This document shows positions 48,487 through 59,300 of a stretch of DNA of 64,000 nt, in pieces. This stretch comes from Scenedesmus sp. PABB004. Its lineage: Eukaryota. How positions within the stretch are numbered: position 1 is the stretch's first letter; each line of letters starts with the position of its first letter. Location: contig CM026547.1 of assembly GCA_014905635.1 (NCBI GenBank), positions 1,674,001 through 1,738,000 on the forward strand, written 5' to 3'. Below the pieces are notes generated by a model. It did no database searches, had not been told where the DNA came from, and saw only the letters and a program-made list of their open reading frames with translations. Position numbers and translations under genes: made by a program.

Positions 48487-48695
48487 ACGTGCGCGCAGCC
48501 GCCGCGCCGCGCCGCGCCGCGCCGCGCCGCAGCGGCCCCGCGGCGGTCGCGCGCCGCTCACCGCGTGCGCGCCACGCCCGCCGTCGCTGCGCAGGCGTGC
48601 ACGCGCGCCGAGGGCAGTGAGCTGCGGCGCTGCGCTGGCGCCAGCGCGCAGAGGCGGGGCTGGCCGGCGCGGGCGCGGCGCGTGCCCTTGTAGTT

Positions 48696-48981
48696 TTACA
48701 CCGTCCCACGTGGGTCAGGCGCCAGTGTACGTGTGTGGTAGGCAGGCGGTTGCTGCGGCAGCAGCTGCTGCGCGCTGGCGGGCGGACGCCGCGCTGGGGG
48801 AACGCCCCTCGCGGGCGCCCGCCATTTTTGTCCCGGCCCGACCAGCAGCCGCCGCTGCGGCTGCGGTCGTCCGCGCGCGGAGCGGCGGGCAGACGCCCCC
48901 GCCGGGAACGCTGTGCGTGGTAACACGCACGAACACCAAGCGCCGTCACGCGGCAGCCGGACGATCGGTCCGCCGGTTACA
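48696..48981 (-). terminator. Two TGTAA polyadenylation signals of ASA1 (48977-48981 and 48696-48700)
   Basis: UGUAA motifs downstream of the ASA1 stop on the minus strand. Confidence 0.45.
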
Positions 48982-49148
48982 CAGCCGCGCCCTACGCGCC
49001 TCCCGCCCCGGCCCCCGCGGCCCAGGTTGTCAAGCTGCCCCGCCCGCCGCACCCCGGCTCTCTGCTCTGCCCCGGACCCTGCCCTGCGCCCCCCCCCCCC
49101 CCCGGTGCGCCGCCGCCCGCCCGCCCCTGGCACCGCGCCGCGGGGCGG

Positions 49149-52100
49149 TCAGGGCACGACCGTGGCCTTGACGGGGATGGCGGTGAGCTCGGGCGCGTAG
49201 AAGCCGTGCTTGGCGCGCGCCTTCTGGCGGCGGTAGCGGATGAGCGGCAGCAGGTGGTGGCTGAGGTGCTCCAGGCCCATCTGGTCCTTCACGTACTCGC
49301 CCTGGCGCGGCAGCGGCGGCGGAGGGTGTGGGCGGGCGCGCGCGGGCCAGCGGCGGCCCCGCGTGCGCGCGCCCCACGGGCGGCCCGCGGGCGCGCGCTG
49401 GGCGCTGGGCGCCGGCGCCGCACCTGCTCGCAGTCGGCGGCCTGGAAGGCCTCGTGGTGCAGCAGGTCCATGCCGTGCGTGAGCTCCCAGTCGAGCTTCT
49501 TGTAGAGGATGGGGTCCATGTGTGCGTACGCAGACTGGGGCAGGTCAAACTCGATGTGTTGCTGCGCGCACAGGGGTTGCGGCGCGGCGGCGCAGGCGGG
49601 CGGGGTGAGGCGGCAGCTTGGCGCGGCGCACGGGCGGGGCACAGCGCGTAGGGCGGGGCCGCGCTGCGCTGCCCCGCGTGGCGCGCGCCTGGATGTGGCG
49701 GCTCTGCTGCTGCAGCGTGAGCAGCCAGAGCTCCTCCTCCTCCGCCTCGACCAGCTTGGCCTCCTCGGCGTCGAGCTCGGCCATCTCCATCTCAAAGCGC
49801 TCCGCGATCGCCTCGGGCAGCTCCAGCTCCTCAAACGCCACGTTGGTGGGGTCTGCCAGGAACGCGAGCTGCTTGTCCAGCACATACTCCTGGTACGCGT
49901 GACCCGCCGCGCCGGCGCGCTGCGCCTTGAGCGCAGCGACCGCGCCCGCGACCTCCGCGCCGTGCTGCGCCATGCGCTGCAGCGGCGTCAGCGGCGCGCG
50001 CTGTGCGGCGAGCAGGCCGTCGGCCGAGCCGGACAGCTTCTGCGGGCGCGCAGCGCAGGGGCGCGGCGCGGGCGGGCGGGGGTGGGCGCCTGCAGCGCGG
50101 CGGGCGGCGCGCGCGGGCGCCTGCAGCGCGGCGGGCAGCGCGCGCGTCGCGTCGCGTCGCCGCTGCACCGTGAGCTGGTCGGCGAGCTCCGCCTCCTCCC
50201 GCTCGTAGCGCTCCGCCAGCTTCATGCCCTCCGCGTACATGTACCTGCGCGGCGGACGCGCACGCGCACGCGGACGCGGCGGCAGGCAGGCGGGCACGCG
50301 TGGGCGCGGGCGGCGCAGCACGCGCGGCGGCGGCGCGGGCGCGCGCGCGCGCGGGCGGGCGGCGCGTGGCGCAGCGCGCCGCGCGCCGCACCGGTCGGGC
50401 GTGTACAGGTGCTCCGTGAGCGTGCGCGCCTCCTCGCTCTTCAGGCGGTTGCTCGCGCCCTCGGGCGTGAGCGTGGGGCCGAGCAGCTGCTCCAGCGCCC
50501 AGCCCTTGTCCTGCAGCTTGGTCGCGAGCTCCACCGCCTCGTTGTCCTGCGCCGGCGCGGCGTGGCGCGTGAGCGGGCCCCGGCGCGCGTGGGCGGGGCG
50601 CCGCCGCGGGGCGCGGGCCCCGGCGCCGCCCCGCGCGCGGCTGGCTCGCCCCCGCCCCCGCCCTCGCCCGCTCGGCCGCGGCGCGACGGCGCACCAGCTC
50701 GGAGGCGGGGAACATGTCGCGGACCTCCTGGCGGCCGCGGCGGAGGAAGAAGCCGTCCATGGCGGTGACGCGCGAGAGGCGCTCCCCGTACGTCGCGGGG
50801 CCGCGGCCCACCGCCTCCACGAGGCCGTCGTACTTGGTGCCCACGTCCTGGGGGGGGGGGGAGGGTGGAGGTGAGGTGAGGTGTGGGGTGGGGCGGGGCG
50901 GGTGAGGTGGGGTGAGGCGCGCGCGCGCGAGCGAGCGCGCGAGCAGACGAGTCGCTGGAGGGGAGGTCGCGCGAGCGCGGCGCGGCGCGTGGGCGGCTGC
51001 GGGCGCGGCGGCTGCAGCGGCGCACCTCGTGCTTGCTCGCGAGCAGCGCGTCGCGCTCCTTGAGTGGCACGAGCGCCTGCTCCGGCGTGGACAGCACGCG
51101 CTTGGCCCACAGTTTCACCCAGCGCGCGTGCACCGCGGCGCGGCGCGCCGAGAGGCGCCGCGCCGCGTCGGCGGCAGACATGAACTTGAACCCGGGCGCC
51201 GGCTTGCCGTCGACCTCCACGTACGAGCGCTCGCTCACCGCCTTCTCCAGCAGCGCCTGCGCGGCGCGGCGGCGCGGGCCGCGCGGGGGCGGCGCGGTGA
51301 GGGCCGCGGCGCAGGGGCGCGCCGGGGCGCTGCGCGCGCGCCGCGGCCGACCGCAGCGCCTGCTCGTGCGCGCCCTCCGGGCAGCTCCCTCCTCTGCTGC
51401 TGCCGCGCGCGCGGCGCGTCACCGCCGCCGCCGCCGCCGCCGGCCGCACCTTGAGGTCGGCGCCGTCGCCGCCCATGGTCTGCCCCAGCGCCGTGAGCTG
51501 CTGCGTGACCTGCGCCGGCAGCGCCGGCGTGCGCAGCTTGGCGCGCGGAGTCATGGCCGCAAAGTAGGCGTCCGTCACGCCCGTGAGCGCGGCCAGCTCC
51601 ACGGGCTTGCCCAGCTCCCACTGCGGCACCGGCAGCTTGGGGAAGGGCTGCGGCGCGGCGTGCGGCGCGCGGCGCGGGCGCGTGAGCGCGGGGCGCGTGA
51701 GTGCGGCCGCCCCCGCCCTCGCCTGCCATCCCGCCGGCGCTGGCGCTGCCCGCCGCCGCCTGCGCGCTGCGGTGCGGGGGGCGTCACCTTGAACTCCTTC
51801 TCCTTGATGCCCTCGGCCGCGAGCTCGCGCCGCGCGTCCCACCACATGCCCTTGACCGCGACCGCCTCGCTCGCGCGCTTGGAGAGCACGCTGTCAAAGA
51901 ACTTGGGCACCTCGCCTGCGCGCAGCGCGGCGCGGGCGTGGGGCACCGCCGCCGCCGCCGCTGCCGCCGCTGCCGCGCGCGCCCTGCCGCCGCTGCCGCG
52001 GCCGCCCGCTGCCGCTGCTGCTGCGATGGCACGCACCGGCCTTGAGGCCGAACTTCTTGAAGTTGGGGATGGGCTTGTCCAGGTCCTCAAACGTGCGGGG

Positions 52101-52913
52101 GTTGTGGAACTTGAGGTACGGCTGCGCACGCGGACAGCCACGGACGCACGCGGCGGCGCGGGCGGGCGGCGCGTCGGCCGCCGCGCGCGGCCGGCGCGCA
52201 GCTGCCTGCCCGCCGCCGCGCTGCCACCACGCCTGCTGCTGCCGGCGGTGCCCCCCGCGCGGGCCCGCGGAGTGCCGCCCCGCGCACCTGGCCCTCGAAG
52301 TCGCCGAGGTCCTTGTACATCTGCATCAGCTTCATCGTCTCCTCGGTCGCCGCCTTGGCGCCCGCCCACTCGGCCGCGATGTTGGGCGCGGTCTTGGAGC
52401 CCTGCAGCAGCGGCGGCGGCGGCGGCGCGCTCGTCCGCGATCCCTGCGCCCCGCGCCGCCGCGCAGCCGCCCGCGGCCCGCCGCGCTGCTGCGCGGTGAG
52501 AGGGGTGGGCCCCACCTTGGGCCCGCCCGCGACATCGTCGCTGAACTCGACCGAGATGGGGCTGAAGTACTGCCGCGTCTGGGCCAGCACCGCCGCGGAG
52601 GCCTCCTGGCCCTGCGGGCCGCCACGGCGCGGGCGTGGGCCCGCGGCGCTCGCAGCGCGCGGCCCGGCGGGGCGCGGCGGCCGCCCAGACCGCCCCTGGC
52701 GCCGGGGAGGGCGCTGCTGCTGGCCGAGATCGCGGCCCGCCACCGCCGCCCCAGGGCGCCCAGGGCCCGCTGCCGCCGGCTGATCAGGCGCCCCGTGCCC
52801 GCCGGCGCCCGAGGCCGCCCCGCCCCGCGCGCCAGCGGCGCCTGCGGCCCCCCCGGCGCCCGCGCCGGCGTGCGCACCTGCCCGCGGGCGCGTGCGGCCG
52901 CCGCGCGCAGCAT
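49149..52913 (-). CDS. ASA1: Mitochondrial ATP synthase-associated protein 1 (chlorophycean peripheral stalk)
   Basis: AVLAQTRQYFSP, HNPRTFEDLD.P.P.F, AGEVPKFFDSV, KLWAKRVL, HLYTPDR.MYAEGMKLA, AEEEELWLLTLQQQ..HIQ, AHMDPILYKKLDWE, HHLLPLIRYRR match remembered Polytomella/Chlamydomonas ASA1. Confidence 0.87.
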
Positions 52914-53301
52914 GCCGCCTGCCTGCGCCGCCCGGCGCTCCCGGCCGGCGCCTGAGGCGGCAGCGCTGGCGCGCGCCGCGCTGCTGCTGCCCTCGCCCGC
53001 TCGACGGGCGCTGCGGCGCTGCTGCTGGCGCCGTGCTGCTGGGCGTCGACAGTGTGGGCGCGGGGAAACGGGACGGCGCTGGTGGCCAGCTGGGCTGCCG
53101 CGGGTTTGGGGGCCCACCCTGCCATCAAAAAAACATCGCCCGCAAGAGCGCCCGCTCCCCTGCCCCTGCACAAAACGCTCGCCCGCCGCGCGTGTGCCAT
53201 GCTCCCGAGCGGGCTCGCCGGCGGCTAGGGCCCCAGCTGTGCCGTGTTGCGCCGGCGGGCGCGCGGCGCGCGCAGCAGCGTTCGAGTCGGGCGCCGCCGC
53301 C

Positions 53302-56300
53302 ATGCAGGCGCAGGGCTGGCAGCTGCCGCGGGCCAGCCTGCCCACGCTCACCACCAGCGTGGTGGGGCTGCCGTTCCCGCTGCCCGGCGAGCCGGCGGAG
53401 CCGGGCGGCGCGGGGGAGCCCGCGAGCGCGGCGCCGCCCAGCGCGGCGGCGCTGGCGGCCGTGGCGGCGGCGCTGCTGCACGCCGATGCCTCCCACGTGT
53501 GAGTGTCCCCGATCTACGCGTCCCTGCGCGCGCCCAGCGCGCGCCGAGGCGCGCAGCGCCCCCACGGCTCGGCCATCGCGCCCCGCAGGAGGCCGCGCCT
53601 GGCGCCCGCGCCCTTCGCCCCCGCGCCCGGGTCGCTGGAGGAGCAGCTGCTGGCCATCAACCGCGACGTTTTCGCGGCGGCATCACGTGAGACGGCGCGC
53701 GCGGGGCGCCGGGAGGGGGCTCGGCAGCGCGGCGCTGCTGCTGCCGCGGCGCCCAGGCGCGGCGCGCGGCGCTGACGGCCCGGCGCCCGCCCACCAGGTG
53801 CCCCAGGCGCCCACCGCACCGTACAGCCCGCCAGCGCGGGGCGCGACGCGGCGGCGGCGGCGGCGGCCGCGGCGGCGCAGCAGCAGCACGCGGCCGCGCC
53901 GACGCCGGGCAAGGCCCGCGGCGCGGCGCGGCAGCTGCCGCCGGCGGAGCAGGCGCAGGTGCGACGCGGCGGGGACGGTGGGCGCGGGGGCTGCGTGCCG
54001 CAGGCCAACCGCCGCAACCGCTCCCTCCGCGCGCACGTGCGCAGGCGTCGCCGGCGAAGCGGCGCAAGCGCGCGGCGGCCGCGCCGGACGAGGAGTTTGT
54101 GGGTCGCAGCGTCGACGCGGCGGCGGTCGCGACCGACGTCGGCGCCGCGGTCGCGGCGTTCCTGGAGCAGGCCGCGGCGCTGCGCGCGGCGGCGGGCGAG
54201 CGCGGCGGCGGCGCCGACGACGGCCCGCCGGCGCAGCCCTACCTGCCGCTGGACATGCTGCGCGCGCTGCAGGCCAGCCTGGGCGCGGGCAAGGCGGCAG
54301 GCGTGGTGGCGCGGCTCGACGAGGGGCAGCTGCGCGCGCTCCTGCTGGCGCTGCTCGGCCACGTGCAGCTGGGCGCCGGCCAGGTGCTGGACGAGCACGA
54401 GCCGGTGCGTGGGGCGCAGCACGGAGCGCTCGCAGGAGCGGCTCGCAGGAGAGAGCCGCGCAGCGCGGCGCCGCGCGGCCGGCGCTCACGGCGCGCGCCC
54501 GCGCCGCGCGCCGCCCGCCGCAGTCCGGCGGCGCCGCCGGCAGGGCGAGCGCCGCGGCGCTGGAGGCGGCGTGCTGCTGCATGCAGCTGCTCGCGTCGCC
54601 GGGCCTGGCGAGCAGCCTCTACCTCAACGAGATCATCACCGCCATGCTGGACCTCGCCAAGCACCAGCTGCAGTACAACGTGCTCGCCCTGCACGACCCA
54701 CACCACCGCCGCCTCTACCGCCCCGCCGCCGCCGCGCCAGGTGCGCGCGGGCGTGCGCGCTCCGCGTTTGAGCGCGAGGACGCCGCCACGCCACGCGCCG
54801 CGCCGTGCCCACACGCCGCCGCACCGCCCGCCGCAGACGAGGCTCCCGCGAGCGTCAAGAAGCGCGGCCGCGCCGCCGAGGCGGCGCCGCGCGCGCCGCG
54901 CGGCGCGGCAGACGTGCGCGCCAAGCTCGAGCTGCTGCTGTCCCTCCTGGCACAGGTGCGTCGGCGCGGGAGGGGGGAGGGGCGGCGTCTCCTGGCCTGC
55001 AGCGCTGCGTGCGGGTCGGGCAGGCGCCACACCGCGCGCCCGCCGGCGCAGGTGGTGGACCGCATGGCGCTGGAGGTGGAGCTGCTGCTGCCCCTCGTGC
55101 GCATCAGCCTGGCCACGTTCGGCGTCAGCAGCCTGCAGCTGCTGCAAGCGGAGGCCATCGGTGCGCGGCGCGACGCGCCGCCGGGCCGCCGCGCCGCGCC
55201 GATTGCCGCCGCCGCTGCGCGCTGAGCGCGCGCGCTGCCGGCAACGCGCCGCAGCGCTGGCTGTCGCCGTGTTCCGGACATACGCGGCGCAGCGCGGCGC
55301 GCTCATGGAGGAGGTGCTGAGCGGCGTGGTCGCGCACATCACGCCCGCGGGCGCGCGCGGGCCGCCGCGGCTGTACGAGGCGAGCGACGCCGAGGGGCGG
55401 CCGCTGCCCATCCAGATGGCCACCGCGCTCGCCATGCAGCTGGTGCAGGCGTCGGTGGCGCTGCCGCCGGTGGACGCCGAGGGCGGAGCCGCGGCGGTGG
55501 CGGCGGGACTCCGCGGCGCGTACGGCTACGCGGACGTATTCTGGGAGGGCGTGTTTGCGCGCCTGCCCGCCGCCAAGGCCGCCAAGAGCGAGGGCGGCGC
55601 CGACATGCGGGCCGTCGCCGAGGCGCTGCTGACGGGTGGGGCGCGCGCACTCTCTCTCGCACGGGCTCCCTCCTCGCGTGCGGGGCGGCGGCGCCACGCT
55701 GTGTGCGCGGCGGCAGGCGCGCCCCCCGCCTGCGGCGCCGACCGACCCCCGCCGCGTCGACGTGACGCAGACCTGCTGGCGGTGCAGATGCTGCCCGAGT
55801 GGCCCGCGGCGACCATCCTGCTGCGCCGCCTGCTCAAGGCCCTCTACAGCGAGCGCGGCTTGAAGCACGCCGACCCTGCGGTGCGCCTCGCGGCAGTGGA
55901 GCTGACCGGCACGCTCGCTGCACGCCTCTGCGGCGAGGCGGTCGCGGCGGAGCGCGAGGCCGACGCGGTCGCGGCGCTGATGGAGGCGGCCGACGACGCG
56001 GCGGGTGCGCGCGCGCGCGCGCTGCGCCGCCCACTCGCTAGCTCAGGCGCGGCGCGCGCCGGCGCGCCCGACGACGTGGCGCCGCCGTCCGGCGAACGTC
56101 GCAGACACGGCGCTGCTGCCCGAGGGCCCGCGACAGGAGCAGCTCGCGGCGGGGCTGCTGCTGGACTACCTGGCCTCGGCAGGCGGCGGCGGCGGCCCCG
56201 CGGGGGCGGCGCGGCGCTTTGTGTGCGCGCGCATGCTGAACGACGCGGTGCACGCCGCCAACCGCGGCTCCGGGGCGGGCGCGCTCGCGCAGCCGGAGCT

Positions 56301-59300
56301 CGCGGCGCTGGTGGTGCAGCACCGGCAGCTGCAGGACGCGCGGCAGCCCGTGCTGGGTGAGCGCGGGCGCGCACGCGCGAGCCGGCACGCGCGCTGCGCA
56401 GGCGGCCGCTCGCCGGCCGCCGTGGCGCCTGAACGCCGCGCGCCGCGCGCCGCCGCAGGCGCCGGCGCGGCGGCGCTGGAGCTCAGTCGCGCGCAGCACG
56501 TGTCGCTGCAGCGGTGGTGGGTTGTGGGCGGCCCGCTGGGCGTGGGGCGTGCGACGCTCATCAAGTGGCTGGTCGAGGCGGGCAGCAGGAGCGGGCCCGA
56601 CCCCAACCCCGCGGCGGTGCGCCGCGCGCGCCGCCGCAGCCGCCAGCGCGGCGCCCCCGCGGCGCCCCCGCGGCCCCGGCCGGCTCACGGCCGCGCGTGT
56701 GCGCCGGCGTGGTCGCCGCCGTCAGGTGCGCACCAAGGTGTTCAAGTGCCTCGGGCTCGTGGTCGAGGCGGACAGCCGGGTGCTCGCGCTGCCCGAGGTC
56801 GCGGCCGCGGTGCGGGGCGCGCTCGAGGACGACAGCGTCGCGGTGCGCGAGGCCGCGCTGGACCTGGTCGCGCGGCTCATTGCCACCAACCCAGCGCTCG
56901 CGGGCGACTACTTTGATGTGCTGCTGCAGGCCTCACACGTGCGCCGGGACGGGACGGGACAGGGCGGCGAGTGGGGGGCCGGTGCATGCGCGCGGCGGCG
57001 CGGCGCGGCCCGAGCGCGCCGCCGCCGCCGCCGCGCGCAGGACGCCGGCCTGAGCGTGCGCAAGCGCGCGATCCGGTCGCTGTGGGACTGCTGCACCACG
57101 CCCGGCTTTGCGCGCGCGTCCGAGGCGGTCGTCGCGGTGCTGCAGCGCGCGGGCGACGCGGAGGGCTCCATGCGCGGCCTCGTGACCAAGATCTGCGGCG
57201 AGCTGTGGTTCACACAGGGCAGCGCCTTTGCCGGTGCGGCGCGGCGCAGCAGCGCGGCGCAGCAGCGCGACGGGCGCAGGGAGTGGGGGCAGGGAGGCGG
57301 CGGCGCCGCGCGACGAGCCCCGCGCGCGCGCGTGCGCGCAGGCCTGCCGGACGGCAGCGCCGCGCCGGCCGCGGCGGCCGGCGCGCCGCGCACGGCAGCG
57401 GTGCGCGCGCGCGAGCTGGCCGACGTCGCGGCGAAGGTGTATGAGGCCGGCGGGCGCGCCATCCACGTGCCGCTGCCGCCCGACCACGCGCTGGTGGTCA
57501 TCCTCCGGGAGGTGCTCGCCCCCGGCGGCAGCGGCGGCGCCGCCAGCGGCGCGGCCGCGCGCGAGGCCGCGGCGCTGCGCGCGGGCGCGGCCGAGGTCGC
57601 GCAGGCGCTGCTGGGCATGGCGCTGCAGCACCAGCAGGTGCGGCGCGCCGCGCCCGCGCCCGCGCGCTCGCCGGCCGCGCCCCGCGCCCGCGCCCGCGCC
57701 CGCGCGCGCCGCCGAGGCGTCAGCCCCCGCCGCCGCGGCGCCACGCGCAGGAGGCGCCCGAGGAGGGGTCCGAGGGCGGCGGGCGCGGGTCCTTCCCCTA
57801 CCTGCTCGCGCTGCACGCGCTCTGCGCCGCCGAGCCGGGCCTCGCGACGCCGCCGGCCGACCCGCAGCGCTTTGTGCGCGCGCTCGCGCCCTACGTTGCG
57901 GCGGCGGGCGTGACGCAGGGCGCGCTCGCGCGCAGCGGCTCCAGTGAGCGACGCGGCGCGGACCGCGCGCGGGGCGGCGGGGGTGGAGGGGGGGGGGGGC
58001 GCGGCGGGCCCGCGCCCCCGCCTGACGCGGCGCCCGCGCCGTGCCCGCAGCAGTGAGTGGCGGCGGCGGCGCGGGAGGCCCCGCCGCCGGCGGCGAGGAC
58101 GCGGCGCGGCGCGCGGCCGAGGAGTGCCTGTGCCTGCTCGCGGTGCTGCGCTCGCTGCTGGTGGCGCTGGGCCCCGTGGAGCGTGAGGTCATGGGCCAGC
58201 TCGCGGCAGACCTGCTGGCGCTGGTCAACAAGCAGCGCTACCTGCAGGTGGGTGGGGGGGGGGTCAGGGGCGGAGGCCCCGCAGCGGGGCGCCGAGCTCC
58301 CGCGCCCCCATGCGCCCGCCCACCGCGCCGCCCCACCCCGCCCCACCCCGCCGTGTCGCGCCGCGCCCCGCCGCAGCTGGTGGCGGCGGGCTGCGAGCTG
58401 CTGTGCACGCTCGCGCCGCTGCACGAGCCCGTGGCCGCCAGCGTCGCGCAGCTGGCCACCAAGTGCTACGGCCTCGCGCTCGGCGCGCTCGCGCCGCCGG
58501 GGCCGCCGCCGCGGGCGCCGCAGGCACCCACGCCCAGCAGCCCCGCGCACACCCAGATCGCGCCCAAGTGAGGGGGGGGGGGCTGACGCTGGGCTCGCAG
58601 CAGCGCGGTGGGGGCCAGGCGATGCTGCCGGCGCGGCCCCCGAGCGGGGCTCTGAGCGGGGCTCTGCCGCCGCGCCGCGCCGCGCCGCAGGGTACTCTAC
58701 ATCCTCGGCCAGCTCTGCCGCCACGGCGCCGCGCTGCTCGACGCGGCCGCGGCGGACAGCCCGAGCATGCGCAACTGCACCGAGTGCCTGGAGCTGTGCG
58801 TCACGTGAGTGCGCCGCGGGCGCCGCCGACGCCCGCTGCCGCCCGCCCGGGCGCCGCCGCGCGCAGGCGCCGATCCCGCACCTGCCGCCGCCGCCCCACC
58901 CCCGCCGCCACCCTGCACGCGCCTGGGCAGGCTGTGGCACCGCCCAGACGCGCCCGACACGCCCGCGGGGCAGCGCGTGCGCGACGCTGCGCTGCAGGCG
59001 CTGGGCTTGGTCGTGATCGGCAAGCCCGCGCTGCTGCTGCAGCCCCTCGCCCTCGGCCTGCTCTCCGACCAGGACGACCAGCCCCAGGGCGCCGCCGCCG
59101 CGCGCGTGAGCGACCGCGGCAGCCCCAGCCACTCGGCCGCGAGCGCGGGCCCCGGCGCGGGCGCCGCCGCGGCCGGCGGCCCGGGCGGCGCGGGGGGCCG
59201 GGGCGTGCCCGGCGGCGCGCCAAAGTGCGCGGCGGAGGTTTACGCCGCTGCGCTGGCTGGCGGCGCGCCCGTGGGCGTCAAGACGCGCGTGCTGACCAAC

